Of a stretch of DNA of 64,000 nucleotides, positions 50,649-61,239 are shown piece after piece. This stretch comes from Escherichia phage dhabil: the sequence record MN850621.1; one strand, 5' to 3'. A model generated the notes under the pieces. It had not been told where the DNA came from. It saw nothing but the letters and a program-made list of their open reading frames with translations, and did not search any database. Within the stretch, counting starts at the first letter, position 1; each line of letters begins with the position of its first letter. The position numbers and the translations under genes were made by a program.

Positions 50649-50652
50649 AAAC

Positions 50653-50680
50653 AAAAAGGGCCCAACCTTTCGGAAGGGCC
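50653..50680 (-). terminator. intrinsic terminator (GGCCC...GGGCC hairpin + TTTTTGTTTTT, minus sense)
   Basis: Core GGGCCCAACCTTTCGGAAGGGCC identical to the 4503-4524 terminator. Confidence 0.6.
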
Positions 50681-50710
50681 AATAACCATAAAATGGCTAT
50701 ACACACTAGA

Positions 50711-50878
50711 CTAAAGTAATAATTGGGTTTCGTTCAGCTGTTCTTCAGTGTTTTCCGTAACAGGCATGCTTTGAACGTAATTATAACATGGACCCGGATG
50801 AACCGGACCTTTTTCTGTTTCAACAACCAATGCAGCATCGATTGGAGTTTTACAGACAACGCAAATCTTATCTGACAT
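50711..50878 (-). CDS. small Cys-containing protein (55 aa), uvsY.-2 position
   Basis: Hand-translated: MSDKICVVCKTPIDAALVVETEKGPVHPGPCYNYVQSMPVTENTEEQLNETQLLL; below the ORF-track length cutoff. Confidence 0.45.
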   Translation of the reverse strand: MSDKICVVCKTPIDAALVVETEKGPVHPGPCYNYVQSMPVTENTEEQLNETQLLL

Positions 50879-51004
50879 GATTGTCTCCTTAGTTTATCTT
50901 ACATATCTATTTATTACTTGCTAAAGCGGCATTAATGAATTCTTGGAGAAGTTTCATCTTATCGGCATCTACTTTAATGGGTTTGGTATTTTTAGTACGT
51001 CTCA

Positions 51005-51439
51005 TTATTTACCTGCCTCAAATTGCCTCATCTCATGCATGGTCTTAAGGTTAAAACCTCGCGCTTTAATAGCATCAAGGGCTGAACTACAAAAGTCCTG
51101 TAATAAAGCCCAATATTGAATTGATGTATCTATTTTAATCACGCTAGAATCTGCGGCCATTACAGTCTTTAATTCTGACTTCTCATACTGGTCCATACAA
51201 ACCTCATCACCGGGCTCTCCACGTCCCGTGTAGAAATCTAATCGCTTCTTAAGAGAGGTCTTTTTCTGGATTTCTAATCGCATTATCTCTTTCTTACAAT
51301 TCGTATACAGCCTTAGCCATTTGCTGTGCAGCAAAACGTTGTTCTGTACTTCATACTGTAAACGGGTCCCATCAATCTTTAAATCTTCATCTAATGCATC
51401 TTGGAATGATTCCAATTTATATTCAATCTCTTTACTCAT
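51005..51439 (-). CDS. uvsY: UvsY recombination mediator protein
   Basis: GTRLQYEVQNNVLLHSKWL, MRLEIQKKTSLKKRLDFYTGRG, C-terminal KARGFNLKTMHEMRQFEAGK match recalled T4 UvsY; start moved to Met at 51439. Confidence 0.9.
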   Translation of the reverse strand: MSKEIEYKLESFQDALDEDLKIDGTRLQYEVQNNVLLHSKWLRLYTNCKKEIMRLEIQKKTSLKKRLDFYTGRGEPGDEVCMDQYEKSELKTVMAADSSVIKIDTSIQYWALLQDFCSSALDAIKARGFNLKTMHEMRQFEAGK

Positions 51440-51444
51440 CGCAT

Positions 51445-51480
51445 GTTTCCTGTGTAATAACCATAGGACCATTATACACT
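51445..51480 (-). promoter_or_regulatory. possible MotA-dependent middle promoter for uvsY
   Basis: Minus sense ATTGCTGTTCA (MotA-box-like) followed 11 nt later by TATAAT. Confidence 0.35.
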
Positions 51481-51497
51481 ATTCATTTGAACAGCAA

Positions 51498-51887
51498 TTA
51501 ACCACTCTGTGAGAGCTGGATTCTAATTTGCTCTAATGTATCCGGGTCATCAACAATACTAAACTGGACAGTTACTATAATAGAGTTGTCATCATAAACA
51601 GGGGTAACGCCTACGGCAAGAGCAGAAATTCTGGGTTCGAAGTTCCGCACAGCGGAAACTATATTACGCTTAATGGTATCTGTGATTAATGGAGTAATAT
51701 TCTCAAATAGTTGATTACTGATATCACAACCAAATTCAGGCATAAAAGGGCGAGAACCCTTACGGGTGGTAATAATGCCTAGCAAACTGTTTTTTACTGC
51801 ACGGGCCCCTGTAGCTTTAGCGACGTCTCTATTCCAAGACGTCCTCATTTCAGGGTCTAAATCTGAATACATTTTATTGATATTCAT
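51498..51887 (-). CDS. 25: gp25 baseplate wedge protein
   Basis: INK.YSD.DPEM...WN.DV, GIITTRKGSRPF.PEFGCD.S.QLFEN matches recalled T4 gp25; 129 aa. Confidence 0.9.
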   Translation of the reverse strand: MNINKMYSDLDPEMRTSWNRDVAKATGARAVKNSLLGIITTRKGSRPFMPEFGCDISNQLFENITPLITDTIKRNIVSAVRNFEPRISALAVGVTPVYDDNSIIVTVQFSIVDDPDTLEQIRIQLSQSG

Positions 51888-52510
51888 TACATCACCTTAA
51901 AGAACTCTTTAAGTCCCTCAATAACATGGACGGTATGTTCACCACATTCACAAGAAATAGGTATGGCCAAAATAGGCTTAGGGGCAACTAGAGCATCATA
52001 AACTTCTTTTATATCTTTTTCTGTTATCACAGAATAAAGGTCATCAAGTTCCGCATCACTTAAATCGGAAAGAAAAAGCTTTTCGCCTGCAGAAGTTAAA
52101 ATATAATCGATACACCCTGCGACCATCATAGCTCTATTTTTATCTTCAAAGAGTTTAGGATATCTGAACACGATTTTAAAGTTGCCAAAGTCTTTAATAA
52201 CATCTGGCTCTTTACCTAATGTTGCGCGAGTTAGTGTCATAGGAACAACCTGTGAGCGACCACAACTACAAACCCACTCACGTTCTATATTAACTTCAGC
52301 TAATGAATGGGCCCACAGGTTTATCACCAGGAGCTCAGATTCTTGCTTGTTTAAATCACGAGCATCTGTGCAATTCGAAATGAGTTCATTGATAAAGGAC
52401 TCTATTCTGCCTTCTAATTTAGCTTGGAGCAAGTCCTTATACTCTCTGAGGGTAAATGCTCTGCATTTTATGGTTTTGTTTTTAATTTTTACGTCAAAAG
52501 TATAATTCAT
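51887..52510 (-). CDS. 26: gp26 baseplate hub protein
   Basis: Synteny (25-26 then divergent 51) and size (207 aa). Confidence 0.75.
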   Translation of the reverse strand: MNYTFDVKIKNKTIKCRAFTLREYKDLLQAKLEGRIESFINELISNCTDARDLNKQESELLVINLWAHSLAEVNIEREWVCSCGRSQVVPMTLTRATLGKEPDVIKDFGNFKIVFRYPKLFEDKNRAMMVAGCIDYILTSAGEKLFLSDLSDAELDDLYSVITEKDIKEVYDALVAPKPILAIPISCECGEHTVHVIEGLKEFFKVM

Positions 52511-52528
52511 TGTCTTCTCCTTTAAGCT

Positions 52529-52540
52529 TATTTATAAATA
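52529..52540. promoter_or_regulatory. bidirectional palindromic late promoter TATTTATAAATA
   Basis: Palindrome gives TATAAATA on both strands between divergent genes 26 and 51. Confidence 0.65.
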
Positions 52541-52560
52541 CATCAATAAGAGGACACCCT

Positions 52561-53313
52561 ATGGCTAATATAGTACGTTGTGAAATGCCCGATGGAGTCC
52601 ACCGATTTAAACCTTTTACAGTAGCTGATTATCGTGATTTTATTTTGATTCGAAATGACATGAATAATAAATCACCTGAAGAGCAAAAACAAATTTTAGA
52701 TGAGTTACTGGAAGAATACTTCGGTGAATATCCTATGTCATGGCGCCCGTATATGTTCATTGAACTTTACACGTCATCACTCGGCAAGACCAAAATTCCT
52801 ATCCGATACACTTGCAGTAAGTGTGAAAAGGATAAACAAGTCTTATTCAATTTGAAACAGGCCAAGTTAGATAACCCTACAATTGAAGTGGCTGGCTTGA
52901 AACTAACATTCAAATTTCCGGAAATAGAATATCACGACAAATCTGAATTGATTTTGAACACCCTCCAAACCGTCGAAGATGAAAATGGGACATATAATTG
53001 GACTGACCTTTCTGAAGAAGACCAGTTGGCCGTAATAGATGCTATAGACTTATCCACTTTAGAGGATATAGTCAAACAAACAAGCCCTATTCATTTCGAA
53101 CTCAAATATGGATGCTGTAATCGTAGAACAATTACGTATACCGATATTTTAGAGGTGTTTAAGCTTATAGTCAATCCGGATGAGATATTTTTATTTTACC
53201 AAATAAACCATTTATTGGTAAAGAACAATTATTCATTAGAAAGCATTATGCAGATGATTCCAATCGAACGCGGTATTGCTTTGTCTTTGGTTGAAAAGGA
53301 CCTTAAGAAATGA
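52561..53313 (+). CDS. 51: gp51 baseplate hub assembly protein
   Basis: Start at ATG 52561 (RBS AAGAGGA, downstream of the late promoter); about 250 aa; synteny. Confidence 0.75.
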   Translation: MANIVRCEMPDGVHRFKPFTVADYRDFILIRNDMNNKSPEEQKQILDELLEEYFGEYPMSWRPYMFIELYTSSLGKTKIPIRYTCSKCEKDKQVLFNLKQAKLDNPTIEVAGLKLTFKFPEIEYHDKSELILNTLQTVEDENGTYNWTDLSEEDQLAVIDAIDLSTLEDIVKQTSPIHFELKYGCCNRRTITYTDILEVFKLIVNPDEIFLFYQINHLLVKNNYSLESIMQMIPIERGIALSLVEKDLKK

Positions 53314-54479
53314 GTTCAAAAACTATGCAGCGTGAAGGCTTTCCTAATATTAGTATACGCCTTTACGAAGATTATGACGCCTGGTTAGAGCATCGTTTTG
53401 TTGAACTAGGCGCGACATTTACTACCCTAACAATGCGTGATGGCCTTTACGGTAGTAATGAAGGATTGCTCCAGTTTTATGATGCAAAAAACCTTCATAC
53501 TAAAATGGATGGTGAACAAATTATCCAAGTTTCTGTTAAGAATGCCAACTCTGAACGTACCCAATCAAGAATTTACGGAAGTAAACACTTTGCAGTAGGG
53601 GTGGATTCTAAGGGCGACAATATCATAACAATACAACTCGCCCCTATCCACTTTTTAGAAAATCTTAAATTCGGACGTATGTTCTTCCCTAGCGTTCAAG
53701 AAACATTAACAGAAATGATTGGTGTTATTTACCAAGACCGTCCGTTACTTGCTCCTCCTTTGAACGGAATAAACGTTTACGTTCCTAATGTTCCGTGGTG
53801 TGATTCTATGGACAGATATATGGAATTTGTGCGAGAAGTAGGTATGGCTGTTGAATCCGATAAATTTGTATTTGTCTGGGAAGATATAGATGGTATTTCT
53901 ATCATGGACTACGAATTTATGGTTAATCAGGAGCCTATCAATTTTGTGGTTGGTGAGCCTCGTTTAATAGGCCAATACGTCCAAGATATGGATACCCCTA
54001 TTGCATTTGATTTTGAGTGGCTAACTAAAGCTAACCAACATACCAGAAAGCCATACGAAAATGCTACAGTATATGCCCATTCGTTCCTAGATAAAAACGC
54101 TACACGAATTACTTTTGGTGATGGACAAAACAGTATATTGGTTTCTCGTTCAGGTGGATATTCTGATTATACCTACCGAAACGGATTTGAAGAAGCTGAT
54201 AGATTAGTTACAATGGCCCAGTATGATGGCTATGCTCATTGTAAGGTATACGGTAACTTTGAATTAACTCCAGGTGATAAGATTAATTTCTATGACCCTA
54301 AAAACCAATTCCAGTACGATTTTTATGTAGACGAAGTTATTCATGAAGTGAGTAACAATACATCAATTACAAACCTTTATATGTTTACTAATGGTAAGCC
54401 TATTAAGATTGAAGAACCACCGAAGGTTAAAAATGAACTTAAAACTGATACTCCCGATCAAGAAAATAACGCTGGGTGA
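53310..54479 (+). CDS. 27: gp27 baseplate hub protein
   Basis: Synteny and size (389 aa). Confidence 0.8.
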   Translation: MSSKTMQREGFPNISIRLYEDYDAWLEHRFVELGATFTTLTMRDGLYGSNEGLLQFYDAKNLHTKMDGEQIIQVSVKNANSERTQSRIYGSKHFAVGVDSKGDNIITIQLAPIHFLENLKFGRMFFPSVQETLTEMIGVIYQDRPLLAPPLNGINVYVPNVPWCDSMDRYMEFVREVGMAVESDKFVFVWEDIDGISIMDYEFMVNQEPINFVVGEPRLIGQYVQDMDTPIAFDFEWLTKANQHTRKPYENATVYAHSFLDKNATRITFGDGQNSILVSRSGGYSDYTYRNGFEEADRLVTMAQYDGYAHCKVYGNFELTPGDKINFYDPKNQFQYDFYVDEVIHEVSNNTSITNLYMFTNGKPIKIEEPPKVKNELKTDTPDQENNAG

Positions 54480-54954
54480 TAAAGAGATTTCCATTCCTAA
54501 ATTAGGTCTTAAACACCAAAAATTGGTTAAAGATGAAAAAGACCCATATAAAGCTCTTCATATATTAATGAATTCCATTTATAAGGGTTTAACTGCGGCC
54601 GAAACCGATTTCGCTGCTCTTCATCTTTTAGAATTCAACGGACGGTTGAAAGAAAAGGTAACTAAGGACGGGTTTACGTATAACCTAAATGACCTTTATA
54701 TCTGCCAGCGACTTGAATTCCAATTCCAAGGTAAAACATTTAAATTCAAATCGCACGAACCATTCCAAACCTTTGGTCCGGTTGATAGTGTATTACAATC
54801 TCTTTACCTTGGTAACGATGTACCAGATTTTCTGGATATGCCTGCCTTTGTTGCTACATGGGCCGACGATATAACTTCTACTGTAGCTATCCCTGGTCCT
54901 AATGGTCCTATCAAAGGATTGCTTAAAATCATGGATATCTTAAATGAAGAATGA
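54433..54954 (+). CDS. 28: gp28 baseplate hub distal protein
   Basis: Start moved to internal Met at 54433 (RBS GAAGGT); about 173 aa; synteny. Confidence 0.7.
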   Translation: MNLKLILPIKKITLGDKEISIPKLGLKHQKLVKDEKDPYKALHILMNSIYKGLTAAETDFAALHLLEFNGRLKEKVTKDGFTYNLNDLYICQRLEFQFQGKTFKFKSHEPFQTFGPVDSVLQSLYLGNDVPDFLDMPAFVATWADDITSTVAIPGPNGPIKGLLKIMDILNEE

Positions 54955-56680
54955 ATCTAATCAGAATAGTTTTCGTCGCAATAAACTGATTGAAGAAATG
55001 GCTCCTCAGCGTCGTGCTGAGGCGCTAGCCCAAACTCAGAACGATGAATTAGGAAATATATCAGATGTTTTATCTGATTCCCAGGCGGCGTCTGAATTGC
55101 TCTCTGAAGTGGTTGAGACAAAGTCCAATCAGATTATTAATTCTGTAGATAGAGTAGATAAAAGCGTCCAAGACGTTGTCGCTGGAACAGAATTAACAGC
55201 TGAAGCTATATCAGAACAAACCCAACAGTCTAAAGCTCTTTCGGATGCATTAAACGAAAAGATTAATAAGCTTTCTAATATGTTGGAGGCTAAATTTTCC
55301 GGTATTTCTATTCCACCGGACGGGAGCTCATTAAAGGTTATTGAAGACTCTATTCCGGAAGAACCCAAGGCCGAAACTCCTAAAGTCCCTGCTGTTGTTG
55401 AAGATATTCTTCCGCCTGAAGATAATAAACCTGACGCCGAATTTATGCCAGAGCCTCCTAAAAATTCGGATGAAGGTAAAGAAGGTGATAAGTCTTCTCT
55501 TTCTGATAAAATCGAAGCCCTTACAAAAATAACCGAAAAAGGATTTAAAGCTTCTATAGGCGTCGCTGATAGAATTTCAGGCATGCTTTTTAAGTATACT
55601 ATTACTGCTGCTGCAGAAGCCGCTAAACTTGCCGCAGGTTTAGCCCTTTTAATATTTGGTATAGATGCTATTCGTGTATACTTCCAATATTTCATGGACC
55701 AATTTAATGAAGGATGGAAAAAATTTAACGATAAGTTTAAAGAATGGGGACCTGTACTTGAAGGCTTAATGACCTGGGCCAAGAATGCTGAAGCTATGTT
55801 TAGCGAAAGAAATTGGCTAGGTCTGGCAGAAGCTATTATTCGCGGTATGGTTAATCTTACCAAAAATATGGCACAACTGTTAATGCTCGGTATTTCTAAA
55901 TTGATTTCTGCCATTTTAAGTAAAATACCAGGTATGGGCGAGTTGGCTGAAAACGTAGAGGCATCCGCTTTAATGTCATATCAACAAAATACCGGAGCCA
56001 CTTTAGATGACGAAGACCAAACTAAAGTAGCCAAGTATCATGATAGACGTTCTGCCGAGGCTTTAGAAGCAGCCGAGAAAATGAATAAGAAGTATAAGGA
56101 TAAACCCGAGCTTATAAACCAGGCAGAGAAATACGGTAACCTTACTAAAGAACAAGCTGACCAATTACGCGCAGGTGGAATTGACACAAGCTTCCGTGAC
56201 CTCCCTGAAGAAGAACGTTTAGAGTATTTCAAGAAACGTGATAAAGCACAGGCCGATATTATTCGTTTAACTCAAACCGCCGATAATATAATGAAGCCTG
56301 ATTCTAAAGATATCGAAAATGCCAAGGCATTTAAAGCGGATATCGAGAAACAATTGGCTGACCCTATTATGGCTAAAGGTGGAGCACCTAAGGACCTTAA
56401 TATCCAGCAATTACTTGATAAGATGAATAAATCTTTAGAGAAATTTAACGAAGCTGAAAAGCCTAAACCTGCTTCTGTAGCGGAATCTCCTGAAAACACC
56501 CAGGTTAAAAAGGTTGACGAGCAAATGAGAGCAAAGGAAAATGCTAAATATAGTCAGCAAGCTCCAACTCAAATAAATCAGCAAACGAATATCAAGAAAA
56601 CGAGTAAGACCAGTTATAATTTACCACCACAGTCTTCTACTCCTGCTCCTGGTATGCGTCAAGCTACTAAAGTTAATTAG
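54944..56680 (+). CDS. 29: gp29 tail tube length / tape-measure protein
   Basis: Synteny and size (578 aa); extended helical low-complexity protein. Confidence 0.8.
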   Translation: MKNESNQNSFRRNKLIEEMAPQRRAEALAQTQNDELGNISDVLSDSQAASELLSEVVETKSNQIINSVDRVDKSVQDVVAGTELTAEAISEQTQQSKALSDALNEKINKLSNMLEAKFSGISIPPDGSSLKVIEDSIPEEPKAETPKVPAVVEDILPPEDNKPDAEFMPEPPKNSDEGKEGDKSSLSDKIEALTKITEKGFKASIGVADRISGMLFKYTITAAAEAAKLAAGLALLIFGIDAIRVYFQYFMDQFNEGWKKFNDKFKEWGPVLEGLMTWAKNAEAMFSERNWLGLAEAIIRGMVNLTKNMAQLLMLGISKLISAILSKIPGMGELAENVEASALMSYQQNTGATLDDEDQTKVAKYHDRRSAEALEAAEKMNKKYKDKPELINQAEKYGNLTKEQADQLRAGGIDTSFRDLPEEERLEYFKKRDKAQADIIRLTQTADNIMKPDSKDIENAKAFKADIEKQLADPIMAKGGAPKDLNIQQLLDKMNKSLEKFNEAEKPKPASVAESPENTQVKKVDEQMRAKENAKYSQQAPTQINQQTNIKKTSKTSYNLPPQSSTPAPGMRQATKVN

Positions 56681-56682
56681 GA

Positions 56683-57777
56683 TTGATAATGAAAGTAAAA
56701 GAAATTGACATTGACGTAGCCTCCTTGTTTAAAGGAGGTTCAAAGACCTCCGCCGGCCAGTCTAAAGCTAAACCGGTCCAAACTACAGTAACGGCCCAAT
56801 ACCCAGCAGAAAGGGCCTCTGGTAATGACACCTCTACGGATATGGTGTTAAGCGATTTATATAAAAACGGGCTACTTTTTACAGCATATAATTTTAGCTC
56901 TCGTGTATCACCCGATTTGCGTAATGACCGTTCAAGCCAAATGACTAAAAAGTTTTCAAAAGCCGCTAGTAAACTTACCGGTAATACCGGAGGATTCAGT
57001 GCGGTTAAAAACTTGTTTAGTAACAACTCTAAAGGAGTTAAATTTGATAGCCAGGCTTTAGCCAATATTTTGCTCCCACGTTCTAAATCTGATGTTGATT
57101 CGGTTACCCATAAATTTAATGATGTAGGCGAATCATTAATTACTAAAGGTGGTGGTACTGCTACCGGTATTTTGAGTAACGTTGCCAGTACTGCTGTATT
57201 TGGAGCATTGGAATCCGTAACTAACGGCGTAATGGCCGATTCAGGTGAGCAAATATACACAACCGCCCGTAGTATGTATGCAGGGCCAGATAACCGTACT
57301 AAGGTATTTACTTGGGAAATGACCCCTAGAAACGCCCAAGACCTTATTCAGATTATTAAAATATACGAAATCTTTAATTACTATTCTTATGGTGAAACCG
57401 GTAACTCTGCCTTCGCCGGTGAATTAAAAGAGAAGATTGATACTTGGTACCGTTCCACATTTAAAAAAGAAGCTATTGATAACTTTGACGGCAAACTATT
57501 AGGCGAAGGTATTACGAGCTTCCTTTCTAATGTTATTGTGGTAAGTAACCCAACTATTTGGTATATTCGAAACTTTGGTGATAGTAGTTCATACGATGGC
57601 CGTGAAGATATTTTCGGACCCTGCCAAATCCAAAGTATACGATTTGATAAAACTCCTGATGGACATTTTAACGGTTTGGCTATTGCTCCTAACTTACCAT
57701 CTACGTTTAGTTTAGAAGTTACTTTCCGTGAAATCATTACTTTGAACCGTGGCTCACTTTATACGGAAGGATTCTAA
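56683..57777 (+). CDS. 48: gp48 baseplate-tail tube junction protein
   Basis: 364 aa (T4 gp48 length); synteny. Confidence 0.8.
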   Translation: MIMKVKEIDIDVASLFKGGSKTSAGQSKAKPVQTTVTAQYPAERASGNDTSTDMVLSDLYKNGLLFTAYNFSSRVSPDLRNDRSSQMTKKFSKAASKLTGNTGGFSAVKNLFSNNSKGVKFDSQALANILLPRSKSDVDSVTHKFNDVGESLITKGGGTATGILSNVASTAVFGALESVTNGVMADSGEQIYTTARSMYAGPDNRTKVFTWEMTPRNAQDLIQIIKIYEIFNYYSYGETGNSAFAGELKEKIDTWYRSTFKKEAIDNFDGKLLGEGITSFLSNVIVVSNPTIWYIRNFGDSSSYDGREDIFGPCQIQSIRFDKTPDGHFNGLAIAPNLPSTFSLEVTFREIITLNRGSLYTEGF

Positions 57778-58730
57778 TGTATACTTTACAAGAATTTCAA
57801 AACCAGGCAATTAATATTGACCTACAGAGGAATAACCTGTTTAGTGTAGTATTTGCTACAGTTCCTTCTTCTAAATCCCAAGCGCTCCTCGACCAGTTCG
57901 GTGGAGCTTTATTTAACAATATCCCATTGAACACTGATTTGTTTGGAATTACTCAAGGAGAGTTGACTCAAGGTGTTACGACATTAGTGACCGCGGGCAC
58001 TCAGAAGTTGATTCGTAAGTCAGGCATAAGTAAATATCTGATTGGTGCTATGTCATCCAGGGTTGTGCAGAGCTTACTAGGTGAGTTTGAAGTCGGGACT
58101 TATCTGATGGATTTTTTCAATATGGCTTATCCTACGGCAGGTCTTTTAGTCCATGCTGTTAAAATCCCAGATAATACTTTGAACTATGAAATGGATTTGA
58201 ATCACAACTCGCCTAATATCAAAATTACCGGAAGAGAATATTCTCCATTGGTATTAAGCTTCCGTATGGATTCTGAAGCTGCTAACTACCGTGCTTTTAA
58301 TGATTGGGTCAACAGTGTCCAAGACCCTATTACACAATTAAGAGCATTGCCAGAGGATGTTGAAGCCGATATCCAAGTCAACCTTCATTCTCGTAATGGA
58401 TTGCCACATACGGTAGTAATGCTTAATGGATGTGTTCCTGTAAGTGTTTCATCGCCGGAATTATCTTATGATGGCGATAACCAGATTGCTTCGTTTGATG
58501 TTACATTTGCTTATAGAAGTGTACAGACGGGTGCAGTCGGTAAACAAGCTGCTTATGAATGGCTGGAAGATAAAGTCCTTAAAGGCGTAGCAGGTATAAG
58601 TGAGAGTAACTCATTAAGTTCTTCTGTAGCTAAATTAAGTAGACTTTCAGGAGCTTCTAGTGGATTGACCGGGTTGGTTAATACATTTGGTGGGCGTGCT
58701 ATTAATAATGGAGTATCCAGGTTGTTATAA
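57777..58730 (+). CDS. 54: gp54 baseplate-tail tube initiator
   Basis: Synteny and size (317 aa). Confidence 0.8.
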   Translation: MYTLQEFQNQAINIDLQRNNLFSVVFATVPSSKSQALLDQFGGALFNNIPLNTDLFGITQGELTQGVTTLVTAGTQKLIRKSGISKYLIGAMSSRVVQSLLGEFEVGTYLMDFFNMAYPTAGLLVHAVKIPDNTLNYEMDLNHNSPNIKITGREYSPLVLSFRMDSEAANYRAFNDWVNSVQDPITQLRALPEDVEADIQVNLHSRNGLPHTVVMLNGCVPVSVSSPELSYDGDNQIASFDVTFAYRSVQTGAVGKQAAYEWLEDKVLKGVAGISESNSLSSSVAKLSRLSGASSGLTGLVNTFGGRAINNGVSRLL

Positions 58731-58735
58731 CAAAA

Positions 58736-58760
58736 AAGGAGAGCTTACGCTCTCCTTTAG
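58736..58760. terminator. bidirectional terminator GGAGAGC-TTAC-GCTCTCC flanked by A6 / T-rich tracts
   Basis: CAAAAAAGGAGAGCTTACGCTCTCCTTTAGGGGTTTATTT between convergent genes 54 and 58765-59055. Confidence 0.6.
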
Positions 58761-58764
58761 GGGT

Positions 58765-59055
58765 TTATTTACGGAACGAGATAAAACCTGCAGCGGTCAT
58801 TAATGGCTGCTTTTTAACAAAGACCGTGATAGAAATAGGAGCTTCAGATTCAAACTGACCGGTTACTACACCATTAAAAATATTTTCGGTTTGCTCAGGT
58901 TGTGAAAAATTTTCAACCGGGCGTAAGTCGAACTGTTTGTCTTCGCCGAAAACTCGACGTAATTCATTACCTACTGCACTGTCGAACTCTTCAGAAGCAG
59001 GGATAACGTTTTCAACTACCAGTTCTTGACCATTAAAACGGAATGCAGATTTCAT
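58765..59055 (-). CDS. hypothetical acidic protein (96 aa)
   Basis: ORF track; RBS GAGGAG before ATG; own early-type promoter upstream. Confidence 0.5.
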   Translation of the reverse strand: MKSAFRFNGQELVVENVIPASEEFDSAVGNELRRVFGEDKQFDLRPVENFSQPEQTENIFNGVVTGQFESEAPISITVFVKKQPLMTAAGFISFRK

Positions 59056-59083
59056 AATGTTCTCCTCATGTTTGTGTAAGGTA

Positions 59084-59113
59084 ATAGTACCACATCCTTG
59101 TGGTGTTGTAAAC
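59084..59113 (-). promoter_or_regulatory. early promoter (GTTTAC-N18-TACTAT, minus sense)
   Basis: Minus sense GTTTAC AACACCACAAGGATGTGG TACTAT; spacer contains hairpin CCACA/TGTGG. Confidence 0.45.
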
Positions 59114-61236
59114 TACATTTTGAATTTATTTGGTAAAGAAGAGATGTCCAAAGATGCAGCAAGGATTTCCATAGCCTCGTTACTTTCTGAAACAGATTCT
59201 GAAACTAGGAATTCTTTAAACCCATTCATCAATTTAACTTCGCCGGTTTCCATCAGATGGTCACCATCGTAAACGGACTCACTGAGTTCTGAAGGAGATG
59301 TCACTGTAGCTTCCATAAGGTATTTGTGAGATACCCTATCATTCATAGCAAAAGCTGCTACTTTATCAACCTTCAACAATAATCCGCGCGGAAGGATAAT
59401 TTCCGCTTCTTCGGCATATTCTGTAAGGTCACCAGGAGCGATAACTTTAACTGCTTCAGCACCTCGAATAACCATACCAATTTCAGCAATCCTGTCTGCA
59501 GGGCCTTCAGGTGCAATTGGATTACCAAACTCGTCTTCTTCCCATTCTACCTCTTCATCATCAACTTCACCTACGTCAGATGAACTACCACTGGCCAATT
59601 TAAACAACTCATCGGCGGAGGATAAAGAACCTTCATCACCAACAAAAACTGCTTGGTTGTCGAGGGCCATATAATTTTTACCAAATTCACCAAAGATATT
59701 AGGCTTTAATGAAGCGGATACAAAGTTCTTAAAGTAAAAGGTTTTGTTATCAATATTATGGCGCAGAATTTTGTATGGTAAATCCTGACCACGATACAAA
59801 ATAGTACCCTTAGGAAGTTTAATACCCTTGGTAAATGCTGAGTCTAAATCCTTAATCAATTTAATAGCTGTTGTATTGTTTTCGGATTCAGGTTTACCTA
59901 AAAGGAATAAGTTCATAGGAGCATATTCAGCCGCACAATATTCAATAATGGCATTACTTTCGTCTTTGGTCAAGCCCTTAGGTTTAATGAGCTCGCCTGA
60001 ATAAGCATATGCATCGCTAATAGAATCGTTAATCAGTTTATAAACGGCTTCCATAGCGAAAGCAATTCGGGATGCTTTCTCTGAAGGAGACCCCTGAAAA
60101 CGGGCACTCAGGTTATTAACAATTCTCTTAATAATATCCAGACTATTGGTAGTATTGATTTGAGAAAGGCCGCTTAAAAGTCTATCGACTTCCGTATTAA
60201 AAAATGCCATATTATTAGAGTAAATTTCAAACCCTTGTTTATCTCTATTAGCATAATTTAGTTTAAATTTACTATCAGTCATTAAAGCGTGTGTGAGAGC
60301 AATGGTGTATCTAAAGTTGGCAAGGTCCTCACTCTTAGATTTAAACTGAGAGGCCTGACGCATTTTAGTAATAGCACCTTTTTTAAAGTTCTGGCTAATT
60401 TGTTCAATACCTTCGTTCTCAGGGCCTTCGGCCGAGTGAACAGGGACGGAAGCTTCAAACTCGTTATAAACCTGCAATTCTTTAGGTGATAAAGTTTCAG
60501 GTTCGGCAGTAGAATACTGCGCTGCTGCAGCCATACGACGGGAAATTTTAGTACGAGAGATAACAGCCTTATCGGTACGTTTCTCTTCAACCTGTGCAAT
60601 AGATGCTGCTACGGCTTCGACCTTACTTACGGCCTGGCCGGTTTTCTTAGAAACATAAACTTCACCGACTTTAGACTCAACCTTGGTATAAAGGTCCGCA
60701 TCAATTTCAGGCATACCCTTGATATCTTCGATATTAGTGCCACGACGTGCTAAAAGAACGTATGTATGTTTACCACTAAACTGGAACATGCTATCGACAA
60801 CTTTAAACTTACCACCGGTACGTGCCATCGCCAAACGAGCTAATACACGCTGAACAGTAGGGCCCTTACCTTTCATTTTCTTGGTAGGGAAACGGAACAA
60901 AACCGCATCCATTTTAAGTTTATTTACCTGTTCGTATATCGTATCAAAAATAGTATTCAATGTACCAAGTGGGTCGGAACCAAGGCCACCTTTGAGTTCA
61001 GCTGGAGCACCCTTGCTCGACAAACTCATTAAAATAACATGAATGTATTTGTCACCAGGCTTAACCATTTTAATAGCGTCTCCTTGAGACGCATAAGATA
61101 CCATACGAGCAACCAGGTTATCGTTACCTGGTGCTTGAATAGAGAAAATCTGTGGGATACCGGAGCCTGGTTTAAGATTTGTTACTGGATAGTTTTTAGC
61201 GGAATCACTATCAAAAACTTCGTTTAAATTTTCCAT
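59113..61236 (-). CDS. alt: Alt-like ADP-ribosyltransferase, paralog 1 (707 aa)
   Basis: Size and position beside gene 54 and ligase as T4 alt; C-terminal candidate ART motifs (Arg in YRGQ, FVSASL, EEAEIILPRG). Confidence 0.75.
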   Translation of the reverse strand: MENLNEVFDSDSAKNYPVTNLKPGSGIPQIFSIQAPGNDNLVARMVSYASQGDAIKMVKPGDKYIHVILMSLSSKGAPAELKGGLGSDPLGTLNTIFDTIYEQVNKLKMDAVLFRFPTKKMKGKGPTVQRVLARLAMARTGGKFKVVDSMFQFSGKHTYVLLARRGTNIEDIKGMPEIDADLYTKVESKVGEVYVSKKTGQAVSKVEAVAASIAQVEEKRTDKAVISRTKISRRMAAAAQYSTAEPETLSPKELQVYNEFEASVPVHSAEGPENEGIEQISQNFKKGAITKMRQASQFKSKSEDLANFRYTIALTHALMTDSKFKLNYANRDKQGFEIYSNNMAFFNTEVDRLLSGLSQINTTNSLDIIKRIVNNLSARFQGSPSEKASRIAFAMEAVYKLINDSISDAYAYSGELIKPKGLTKDESNAIIEYCAAEYAPMNLFLLGKPESENNTTAIKLIKDLDSAFTKGIKLPKGTILYRGQDLPYKILRHNIDNKTFYFKNFVSASLKPNIFGEFGKNYMALDNQAVFVGDEGSLSSADELFKLASGSSSDVGEVDDEEVEWEEDEFGNPIAPEGPADRIAEIGMVIRGAEAVKVIAPGDLTEYAEEAEIILPRGLLLKVDKVAAFAMNDRVSHKYLMEATVTSPSELSESVYDGDHLMETGEVKLMNGFKEFLVSESVSESNEAMEILAASLDISSLPNKFKM

Positions 61237-61239
61237 TAT

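Noticed and set aside
50907-51005. 32-aa minus-strand ORF (MRRTKNTKPIKVDADKMKLLQEFINAALASNK) overlapping the uvsY stop
   Set aside because: Very short, no RBS apart from the stop/start overlap; cannot be separated from chance. Could be a uvsY.-1-like micro-ORF, so worth a look in ribosome-profiling data.
55129-55914. 261-aa minus-strand ORF antisense to tape-measure gene 29
   Set aside because: Embedded antisense to gp29; no independent start or RBS support; low-complexity product.
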